From positions 24,366,001 through 24,430,000 of the forward strand of contig NC_135770.1 in NCBI RefSeq assembly GCF_052425735.1: a stretch of DNA of 64,000 bases, in the 5' to 3' direction. Within the stretch, counting starts at the first letter, position 1; each line of letters opens with the position of its first letter. Position numbers and translations under genes: made by a program. The notes under the pieces were generated by a model, which was not told the DNA's origin, searched no databases, and saw only the letters and a list, made by a program, of their open reading frames with translations. The DNA comes from Oculina patagonica. Its lineage: Eukaryota. Positions 1-10,727 of the stretch are shown one piece after another.

Positions 1-915
1 AAAGTCTACGCTTCTACGGCTCTACGTTTCATTCTAAACTCTACGCTTCTACGGCTCTACGTTTTCATTCTAAAGTCTACTCTTCTACGGCTCTACGTTT
101 TCATTCTAAACTCTACGCTTCTACGGCTCTACGTTTTCATTCTAAACTCTACGCTTCTACGGCTCTACGTTTTCATTCTAAACTCTACGCTTCTACGGCT
201 TTACGTTTTCATTCTAAACAAAACGCTTCTATGTGTTTTACGTTTTCATTCTTAACTGTACGCTTCTTCGGCTTTACGTTTTCATTCTAAACAAAACGTT
301 TCTATGTGTTTTACGTTTTCATTCTTAACTGTACGCTTCTTCGGCTCTACGTTTTTATTTTAAACTCTACGCTTCTATGGCTCTACGTTTTCATTCTAAG
401 CTGTACGCTTTCACGGCTCTACGTTTTCATTCTAAGCTGTACGCTTTCACGGCTCTACGTTTTCATTCTAAGCTGTACGCTTTCACGGCTCTACGTTTTC
501 ATTCTGAACTCTACGCTTCTACCGCTGTACGTTTCATTCTCATCTACGTTTCTACGACTCTACGTTTTCATTTTAAACTTTACGCTTTTTAAGCTCTACC
601 GATTTTCATCTTAAACTGTCCGCTTCTACGCTTCTACGTTTTCATTCTAAACAGTACACTTCTACGAGTCTACGTGATCGTCGTAAACTCTACGCTTAGG
701 TACGTTTTCATTCTAAACTGTACGCTTTTACGAGTCTACGTTTTCATTCTAAACTGTACAAGTCTAAACTGTACAAGTCTGCGTTTTCATTCTAAACTGT
801 ACGCTTCTACGGCTCTACGTTTTCATTCTAAACTGTACGCTTCTACAAGTCTGCATTTTCATTCTAAACCGTACGCTTCTATGAGTCTACATTTCCATTC
901 TAAACTCTATGCCTC
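1..915. repeat. 36-bp tandem minisatellite (~25 units, consensus ctctacgttttcattctaaactctacgcttctacgg), open at the left edge, in intron 1 of the upstream mARC copy
   Basis: Head-to-tail units are visible directly. The 12-aa periodicity of ORFs 306..614 and 377..592 matches a 36-nt period. Confidence 0.95.
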
Positions 916-2502
916 CCCGTATAGTCCACTTTAGGGAATCCCCTCCCCCATCTCTGCCCAGGTCTAAGGAGTAGGAGTGGCAAGGACTGACTGTTGGTTT
1001 TATAGAAACATTAAACCATAAGCAATAAGTTTTTTTTGTCTTAATTAGGCATTGGGTTGTGGTGGACCGACATGATAGAAACGTTACCTCTATTGACAAG
1101 CCAGTGCTGTCTCAAGTCAATCCACACTTTGAGGATGGGCATGAAACACTTTGTCTCAATGCTCCTGGCATTGACACCCTCAGAGTCCCAGTACACCAGA
1201 ATATTCAGGAGTATAGAGTCATCTGGTCTTGTTTTTTTGCCTATAATCTGTAATATGCCAGCCCTATAATATGCCTTTTTCAAACGTACAGAATTTCTGG
1301 AGCGACTTGAAACAATTTATTTAGTTATTCATTTGTTTTGATGGTATGATCTCTAGGGTGCTTAGGATTTCATCCAGAAGTCAGTATGCTGGAGACGAAG
1401 CCGCTGTTTGGTTTTCGACTTTGCTGGACAAACCAGGTTACAAATTGTACCAAATTCATGAACTGCGTGAATCCGCACAAGATACAAAGTGGGGAAATGA
1501 AGCTCGATCTGGAGATAAGGTATATTAATGACTACACGCTTATTAGACAGGGAATCTGTCTTTTAATTGTTTAATTGTGTCTTTCACCCTTTTCTAACAA
1601 AAAGTTGGCATTTAGAGACACCAGTTGTCCTCTGTAAAATGTTATCAGATCTCTCCAGCCATTACAGCTGCCCATTTTTGGGGCATTTTTTATCTCCATT
1701 ACAATGTAATAGGCACACCATAAAAATATTGCTACACCAGAGATACAACCCAGGGGCTCAGATGTGGAAAACTAGATCTTGCTGGCCGGGAGTTAACTAT
1801 ACTACAGTCAACTCTCTCTAAGACGGACACCTTCGGGTCCGGCCCCAACTGTCCGTCTAATAGAGAGGTGTCCGCCTTATAAAGAGTCGAGGTAATGTGA
1901 CACCGGTAATTCTGAGATAATAAAGCCGACGTGTCTATGAGCAATGAATACACGTCGGTTTTAAGGTTACTGATAACCTTTTCGGGTGCCTTTTGGAAAT
2001 GTTTCGTACCCGCATCACTTCCGGTCAAAGCACGGCTAACTATATATCTCTGGACAGGTAATGAAATGTAGAATCCAAATATTTTAGCGGAGCTCTAGCG
2101 CGCGTAACGCGCCAGCGGAGCACCATAGGTAAGAAATTTTGGTAAACCCATGAAGCCGAGAAAATTTGGTGGTCACGTGAGCGTACGAGCGAGCATCCGT
2201 ACAGACTGGGGGAGGGAGAGGGGAGTCACAGGCAACCCATTATCTCACCTTACATCTTCCAGGATCATATTTTTTGATCATTGGAAATTTACATACCCTC
2301 TTATTGTTTTTTTTTGTTCGGCCCATCAGTATTTTATTTATCAGGTTATCCTCAGAGAGGCCTTACCCTTTTAAGTAAGAATGCAACGCAAGGACATGCT
2401 GGACTTTATCCTGGATGTCAGTTGTAAACATTTGGTTAGCGTGCTTGCCACCCTATCTTGGAGGAAATTAAACACTTTGTAATTTTAAATTGATGACCAA
2501 TT

Positions 2503-3096
2503 CCGTAAATGATTTAATAAATGCGCACTCTCAAATAAACGCCTCATATCTAATAAACGCACCCCATGAAATGAAAAGCCTGTATGAAACGCTCCCCTCT
2601 AATAAATTCCCCTTGTCTAATAGATGCCCCCTCCCCAATAATCGCCTCAAAAAACAAGGAAACGCCCCATTGAGTAAAATCACGCGTAAAAACGAAGAGG
2701 TNNNNNNNNNNNNNNNNNNNNNNNNNNNNNNNNNNNNNNNNNNNNNNNNNNNNNNNNNNNNNNNNNNNNNNNNNNNNNNNNNNNNNNNNNNNNNNNNNNN
2801 NNNNNNNNNNNNNNNNNNNNNNNNNNNNNNNNNNNNNNNNNNNNNNNNNNNNNNNNNNNNNNNNNNNNNNNNNNNNNNNNNNNNNNNNNTAGTTTATTTT
2901 GCTTTGGGAGGCTTGCATGTTAGCAGTGCAGATTAGATAAGTTTCCTGCACACGAACGCTGTTTTATATCTAACACACTGCGAGCAAACTACGCATCTTG
3001 ATACAGTTAAAGTGAAATAAACGCCTTATATTTATTGCCCCCCTAGGGCCCCTGAAATTCAATAGATGCCCCGGGTGTTTATAAGATCATTTACGG
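2503..3096. mobile_element. Non-autonomous TIR element (ccgta...tacgg termini, aataaacgcc/aataagcgcc internal motifs) spanning the assembly gap
   Basis: ccgtaaatgat at 2503 and atcatttacgg ending 3096; similar to the element at 30279-30790. Confidence 0.6.
2702..2889. other. Assembly gap (run of N)
   Basis: Ns in the sequence. Confidence 1.
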
Positions 3097-3501
3097 TTAT
3101 AGTAAAAAAAAATTAACAACTGGCACGCAGGAAGTTTGGAGAGCACGAAAAAAAAAAGAAACGTAAATATGTGTTGCTCGAGGCAATTCTTGAGTGTTCT
3201 CCAAACTTCCCAAGTGCACCATAACTCGATATATAGTGCACAACATGAACCAATTCAGTTTAATTTATAACATTGCGGTTGGAAATGTAGATCTTAACAC
3301 TTACGCGAGAAAAAAACTTCTTGCAGCGCGATTTGCTCACCCTAAATCAGTGTGCACTGCTGGATTGTAGAGCACAGTTATGTATACAACTGCTAGCTAT
3401 GTTATAACATTTATTGTGCCATTTCTCTTAATGTCCAGTGTGGGTATCCAAGTTTTTCTGCATACCACATGACTACAGAATCGTCATTAGTGGCACTAAA
3501 T

Positions 3502-3664
3502 GGTTTTATTGATTGTAATTTTACACTTATCATGTATTTTAGTATTTTTGTTAATTTTAGGGCCAGTTAGTAATTTATATTTTTATAAATATTGTAATGC
3601 GCAAGTGAAAATCCTTGATTGATACTTGCGCAATATAAGTCCATTAATTATTATTAATTATTAA
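3502..3664 (+). mobile_element. Extremely 5'-truncated LINE (L2/CR1-group-like) 3' end inserted in mARC exon 4
   Basis: Ends tgtaatgcgcaagt...acttgcgcaatataagt followed by an (att)n-like tail (stem-loop plus short-repeat tail). Absent from the paralogous exon 16245-16385. Confidence 0.6.
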
Positions 3665-4888
3665 TTGGTATGGACAGGTTCCGTGCCAACGTTGTTATTG
3701 GAGGCACTGAACCTTTCGCAGAGGTATGTTTGCAATCTTATGCTTAGAAGACAATATTCTGCGGGTAGTCTCTCTTTTTGCTTAAAAATCGGTGGAACGA
3801 ACGGACAAATTGCGAGCGATTGAGCACGAACCTCGAGCGGCGAAGCGGCGAGCCGCGAGTGCTGGGCTCGTTCCACGGATTTTAAAGCATAAAGAGAGAC
3901 TTCTCGCAGTTTAAGAAGTTAATGACTTGACAGTGTATTTAAATCTTGGTCAGTACTGACAAACATTTTCATGGTAATGGTTTAAATAAAGGTCTCGCTC
4001 TTGACAATTGGTGAGACTCAGGGCCGTCGTTAAGTTTTTAAGCAGCAATTGCATTGAAGTTATCTCCCATAGCTATACTTTTTGTATGCAAGTGTAACAT
4101 AATACCAATCGCCATCTTCAACCGCAACATTAAATGAACTCAGCTGTAACAAGTGTTACAGGTTACGGCCCAGTTAATCAGAGCCCAGGTGATTTATTAG
4201 CTGTTATAGTGACTGACACGATTGAACATTGTTGAAAAGTGAGGTGGTGTACCTAGGACATTTTAATTAAAAGTGTATGAATATCATGTAGCCAATACCC
4301 GGTATACGTCTCAGGCAGCTTTTCTTTCCATTTGGTTTTCATGATAGCCATAGTATATACGATAGACCCAAAAATAGTGAGTAAAATAATTTAATTCAAT
4401 GAGGAGTCTTTTTAAATTATTTTCTCTATCAGTTATCTTCCAGTGCATCACTCTAATTGTCCGAACAGTCTGCTGCAGCTAAGTTCTTCAGAATCTTGCT
4501 TGTGCCATCAAAATCGCGAAATTTAATACTCGCGAAATATGGCTCTTGATTTTTCGCGAAATTTAATACTTGCGAAATTTAGTGAGAATAAGGTACTAGC
4601 TACATAGCTTTTCTTGCATGCAATTTGCACATGCATGCTGCTTAATGACCCAGTTATACTGGTAAAGTACTATGCAATTATTTATTAATTTTACTTTTTT
4701 TAAGGATCATTGGGCTAAGCCAAGGATACTAAAGATTGCAGGTGTGAGGTTCAGATCACTTAAAGACTGCGGAAGGTAAATTAATAAGAATTAAACAAAT
4801 GACAATTGAAATTGTTCTTTGAGTTTTTATTATTACAGCCTGCTGTGAAGGTGAACTGAATAGTGACGTAGGAGGGTCCTGATGAATG

Positions 4889-5440
4889 TAGGGCTTTCCA
4901 TAAGTTGCTCGGCAACTTTTTGACAACTTTTCATATTTCAAGCAACTTTTTCCCCTTCGAGCAACGTTTTTCCTCTCGAGCAACTTGTTGCATTTTGAGC
5001 AATTTTCAGACCGAAGATCTCCGAAGATTATCCGAGTGTTGTTCGAAGGCCATACAAACATTTTCGAAAATTTACGAAGTTTAGCCGAAGATTTTCGAGG
5101 AACATCTGAAGACGTTTCAACTTTCGGCTCATTCTGCATTAAAACATTACAAAACACATCAGCAAACATGACGTCATCGATTCTTCACGAATTTTCTCAG
5201 TTAGAGAAATCCTTGTTATTTTACATTACATGTAATATGTTATTTAGATACTTCTTTTGCTGTAAAATTGCATAAAACCGCCTAGAACTCTTACACACAA
5301 AGGGAATTAGCATATATTTAGAGATATTTTCTTAATTATAGAAGCAGCGTTTTGGATTTTTGCAGGCAACTTTTGAGCAACTTTTTGAGAAATTAAGTGC
5401 AACTTTTTGGGAAATCTCGAGCAATTTGTGGAAAGGCCTA
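4889..5440. mobile_element. hAT-like non-autonomous element
   Basis: TIR tagggctttccataagttgctc / gagcaatttgtggaaaggccta; perfect 8-bp TSD GATGAATG (4881-4888, 5441-5448). Confidence 0.85.
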
Positions 5441-7123
5441 GATGAATGGGGTATAAAATCCAATTTGCCTATTGTTTTGCCAATTTTCAAAATCTTTGAG
5501 TCCCAGTTCTATTGTTTTTTATTGTGTTTCTCAGTCCCAGTGATTCAAATCCCATTCTCCCCAGTTTCTATTATTCCTATTATGTACTTGGGCTTAAGTT
5601 CACTCCGTGGTTCGGTTATCATCATCATCATCGGTATCCTCGTCTCGGAGAGGCGATGGTCAGCGCATCAGTGTCGGTTCGGTTATGGATAATAAATAAA
5701 TAATGGATTTAGTGATTACGATTACAGTGATCCAGTGTTTGATAACGTCAAACTAAAATACAAACGAAACAGTAATGCAAGCGACACGAAACGATGAAGC
5801 TTAACAATAGCTACATAACATGAGAACATAAATACACAAACGCAAGAGGGTCAAGAGAAACTGACAACAATCAAAGTAAAAACGGAACGAAATTATAAAA
5901 GGAGAAAACTATGCTTACCAATTGTCCTCTCTCCTACCTATGAACAGTGAAAAACGTACCAACGCAATGCAGTTGATAACGCAGAAAAGAACGGAAATTT
6001 GAACTGTAATACACGCAACACAAAACGCAACGCACGATTTCAGGCAGTACTGTACTTCAAATTCTGATACTTTATAACATTTCTATCATTTCATTCACCT
6101 GATGCAAAATAGTCGTAGTCTCAAGGAGACCTTTGATACCCCTTGAGGCCACTCATGTAGGCTTGAAGTTATCTAAGAAGAACGTCTTTGTCAATGTCCA
6201 GAGATTGTTGCATTTCATCAGAGTGAAGAGTGGAAAACATGTACAGCGAGTGTGGGACTTAATGGTTAGGAGGTGAAACATGAAGCGGTATCTCTTTTCT
6301 TGCTTGCAACAGTCGAGCATGTGCCATTTAAGCACCACGAAGGAGCAATGCCTGAGCTGGAAGGGGCAGCTTTAAGCCTGAGAAATTAATTTTTAAATCT
6401 ATCAATGATTTTATTATTTCTATTTTGTCTAGGTGTCTTCAAACCACCATTGACCCTGAAACAGGGATAAAGAATGGACGTGAACCATTGGCGACTTTAA
6501 GAAGAAGGTAAAAAGTCATTAGGAAGTTGCTTGGCAGTTATGAGTTGTCGATTAATGGGTGTTCTCATCCCGATTTAGCGTGCACTATCGAGACGCTGAA
6601 CACGTGAAATTTGGAGAGCACAAGAGATGCATGCAATAGTTGCTTGAGGAGCTTTAGCTATAGCTGAGAGCAACTCGAGCTTCTTGGGTGATCTCTAAAC
6701 TTTCCTTGAGTACCATAACTCGACACTGCACAGCTAAAATCATGAACCATTTCTCTTGTTTTAAAAAATTGCCAAGAAAAATATTTTAGCAAAGTGATTT
6801 GCTCATGCGATCAGCATGCATTGACTGCATGGCTCTGTTAGCTATGTTAGAAAATAACATAACATTTTTTCTGTTGACAAAGATGTGGGAGATTGCCCCC
6901 AGACAGAGATCCAAGGCACGAAGATGCTCCTTTCTTTGGGCTACAGGTAGCACCAGACTGTGAGGGAGTAATTAAGCTTGGCGATCCTGTGTTCATCTCC
7001 ATCTGATTAATGACTGTTTGGAACGTCACAAGTCATGACATTAATTGAGAATTCAATGCAGATCTGCATTTCTCTCATTTATGAAAAATAATTACTTAAG
7101 AATGCATACGTAATTATCACCTA

Positions 7124-7370
7124 ATAGAGAGGTTAAACATGACGTTTACGGCAAACGACAAACGGCAAAAATGAAACTTTTACCGTCTCTCTTCAGTTGT
7201 GTATACAGTAGAGTGAAATTATTTGTATTTGCAATGAATAGTAGGAGACATTATTCCATTTTTGTGTGCTTTACTTACGGATTAGAAGAAAAGAACTCAA
7301 AATCAGAAGTTATCTTCAGTTATCTTTGCCGTTTGCCGTTTGCCGTTAACGTCATGCTTAACCTCTCTAT
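7124..7370. mobile_element. MITE downstream of the mARC pseudogene stop codon
   Basis: TIR atagagaggttaa.catgacgtt / aacgtcatg.ttaacctctctat with inverted gcaaacg repeats; absent from the paralogous region near 20200. Confidence 0.75.
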
Positions 7371-8774
7371 ATTTGATTTATCACTAATAACTAAAAAAGT
7401 AATTCTTAACAATAAAATATGTAAATAATAATGGAAAGAATTAATATCAAGTCAGTAATACTGAAATATTTACCTACTTTTAATCTGTGTTGAATGATTG
7501 GCATTTTTATAGGATAAAGTTAAAACTTGACTCAATATAAAACACCCATTTTTTTGGACTCTGCATGCCATGCACTTATATTCAATTCAACAGTGTTTTG
7601 TATTTAAACGAACTCAAGAATCAATGCAAGCTGTAAGCATTTTGAACAGTATTTAAAATCTTTGTATTATTTTTTTTACAAATAATGTTGTATACCATAT
7701 TTTACGCGCGCTTTTAAGTCAATTTAAATATTTTGAAATTTGCTGCAAGCCAACTAACTGCAAGATTCAAGGATTTCCACATTACATTTTGCATTTTAAA
7801 AACCAATAAACTACCATTCACTGAATCGTGTGATGTTTCTTTTTTTGTGTGATTTTTTGCTTTGACGTGTACCACAGTGAGCTGGGCCTTCATGATCACT
7901 TACCAATGAGACAAACTCAAACAAAACAATTGCAAATCATTTCACGGCTAACACATTTTTCATTGTTCATAATCTGAATGTTATTCTTTAACAGCAATAA
8001 CATCTTCTTACATGTAAGGTGGTAATATAAACATTGCAAAAGTCACTTCGTACTTTTGGGAAGTCCGAAAGGGTCTTGAAGAGCTTTAGTTAAGAAGGCA
8101 AGTGTTAGGAAGTCGGGGAAGTTGTAATAAATATTGTGTAACGAGGCTTTATTTTCACTTACGATACTGAATCTCACTGAAAACACCAAGATCTTTCTAG
8201 CACAGCAGATACAAATGTATGGTTACCAGTACATGACCGCGTACAAGACGATCACTGTATGAACAAAAATGATCTCAAAATACTGCCGTACTTAAAGACA
8301 ACTGATTTAAGTTTGAACTCAAACCTTTTGAAGTGAAACTATTTTGCTCTCAACGAAGTTATTTTTCTCTGAGTAGAAAGCCCTTAGGTTACTCTACAAG
8401 ATGACAAAATTTTTGTTGGCTGTGACTTCATATGACGTTATATGGCGTCCTGGACCCGCCATCTTGGATTTCACCATTTTCTAAGAAAGTCAGAAAATAA
8501 CGAAAATTGATGGAAAATCAAGCCAGAATGCTTAAACACATCGTACAATTTTGTTTCAAAACACTGGAAAAATAAAGAAACCGTTAAAAATGACGATTTT
8601 TGGTCAGACATGCTTGTAATTACGACCTTGCCATGGCAACGTTAAATTTCATGAATGACTGACATATCTAAACTTCCGCAAGGGATGGATGAAAATATAC
8701 AGCCATTGCTGTCTCCTCCGTGCGTCAGAGGGATGGAGGATGGTTAATATAATCTACAGCAATTTCACATTAGT

Positions 8775-9403
8775 TTGAAGATTTGATGATTTTAAAATTA
8801 GACACGAGATGGTCCCCCTGACAACCTAAGCTGCTCTTGCATGAGGGTCAACTAACTGGTGTGTTCCAAAAACAATTTTCTTTCTTTTTATCCTTTCTTT
8901 TAGCCTCTAAAAATTTCACTCAAATTCACATTTACCACAGTCTTAATGTATTCTACCGCAAAGTTAATAAAAACCACACTTGTTACTGTAAGCGATAGCC
9001 CCATCTACCGACTTCTCATTGGACCATAATCACGTGACAGGAAGTTAATGTATACCTCAGCTCTTTAATGTATTCCACAGCGAGTTAATAAGAAACCACA
9101 GCAAAAAAGGGGGAGCCGTGGTGTGCCCTATACTACTAAAGTCCGTCGCAAGACAAGATGACATTGTCAATATACAACAGTTCTAGAAGGAATGGAAATC
9201 ATTGTCAAAATTAATGTTAATGCGGGTTAAACGTAAATTTGAGTGAAATTTTAAGAGGGTTTTAGAAGAAATAAAAAATAATTTTTGGAACACCACCAGA
9301 CAGTTGAGCACCCTAGGTTGTCAGGGGGACTATCTGGTGTCTGTCATTCCGTCAACAAATTTTTAACTTCAAATTCTAATTTAAAAATCACATTAAATCT
9401 TCA
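8775..9403. mobile_element. Degenerate long-TIR element
   Basis: Inverted arms agacacgagatggtccccctgacaaccta...ttccaaaaa / tttttggaa...taggttgtcagggggactatctggtgtct; internal direct repeat near 8942 and 9064. Confidence 0.55.
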
Positions 9404-9406
9404 ATA

Positions 9407-9891
9407 CAGTTGCATCTCTTTATACCGACACCGAAGGGACAGAGCAAACTGTCCGTATTAGAATGGTGTCCGTATTATAGATCGATTATAGAGGTCACCA
9501 CTATGACGTCACTTTTGACTTAATTGACAGCTTAAAGTATTTAGTAACTCGAAATGTTCTGCGACGCAATGCTGCAAGTAAAAAATTAACACTAAGCACA
9601 AATCTGAAAACATCTAAGATGAATAAAGCGTCACGTTGGTATTTTTTTGTAACCAAAAACAAGAAATTGCATTACGAACACAACATATCATCGCCTGATC
9701 ACCGAAGTGTACGCAATAAGGAGGTTAAGTTTATAAGAATTTGTTCCCTGGGGCCGAGATTTAGTGTCCGTTGTCCGTATTATAGAGGGTCCGTATTATA
9801 GAAGGTTCTTCTTAAGAAAAAATAGAGAATTTTGTTGGGACATCGGAGATTGTCCGTAATAGAGAGGTGTCCGTACGGAGAGGTTTGACTG
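9407..9891. mobile_element. Tc1/mariner-type MITE (cagt...actg termini, TA TSD)
   Basis: ta|cagttgcatctct...gaggtttgactg|ta with gtccgtattatag internal repeats. Confidence 0.65.
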
Positions 9892-10078
9892 TATTTCTTA
9901 TTTCTCTAAATTTCACCTCTCTATTACGGACAATCAAAAGTCTTTGAGAAAAACTTTCTCCTCCCAAACATCCCCAAAAATCACCAAAAGATTTACAAAA
10001 CACCACAATGCATATATCCGTGTAATGAACGGAGAGTTTTTGAAAAGCCTAAAACGCGAACGAGATATTTGCATTTAA

Positions 10079-10302
10079 AGGAGCTACGTCACGGAACACT
10101 CATTTTGAAAAAATGGCAATTTTTTTCAAGATTGTCAATTGTAATCCGTCTTAATCTTCGTCAGTAGAAACCATTCTTGGTTATTTTTGAAATTTTTATT
10201 ACTCCTTTGTTGTTTTTCTATGTTAGAAAACTATTATTTTGAGGTTTCCTTTAATTTGAGAGTAATCAGAAAAATGACTTTAAACTCCGCGACACTGCTC
10301 CT
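10079..10302. mobile_element. Kolobok-type MITE (TTAA TSD)
   Basis: ttaa|aggagctacgtcacgg...ccgcgacactgctcct|ttaa. Confidence 0.7.
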
Positions 10303-10727
10303 TTAAACCAAGTTATTATTAAATTATTATTATTATTTAATTATTATTATTAAGTTAATCGGTGGATAAACGGAATCCTAAAAAAAAATTACAGTATCCC
10401 TATTTCATTAAAAACACACACCGTTCATGTTAACATACACCACAGGAATCTATGTCTTTTTATGCAAAAATATTAGTAACAAAGAACGGTTTCTCCAATC
10501 TCGATCCGCCATGCGCGCGTAGCCTAGGCTTTGGTAGATTGTGCTAGCATAGTTTTTGGCATAATTGGAGCTAAAAAGCATAATTTGTGAAACGAGCACT
10601 GCCACGGCATAATTAGCCATTTTTAGCACTTTTTGGAGCATAAATTCATAAAATTTAGTAAATATGGTGCACTTTCTACAGAAATAAATGACATTTAGGT
10701 AGTTTGTTCTTGCAATGCGTGTTTTAG

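Larger units (their letters stand above)
1049..7006 (+). pseudogene. mARC (MOSC-domain amidoxime-reducing component) paralog, disrupted; exon 1 lies left of the window
   Basis: Exons 1049-1225, 1357-1519, 3439-3723, 4705-4775, 6433-6507, 6883-7006 are colinear with the intact copy at 13388-19778. Exon 4 carries a ~163-bp AT-rich insertion (3502-3664) giving an in-frame TAG at 3568-3570. Confidence 0.85.

Noticed and set aside
1-915. CRISPR-like array (36-bp repeats)
   Set aside because: Units are contiguous with no unique spacers, there are no cas genes, and the context is a eukaryotic intron.
306-934. Repetitive ORFs (LYVFILSCTLSR / ALRFHSKLYAFT)
   Set aside because: By-products of a stop-poor 36-nt satellite.
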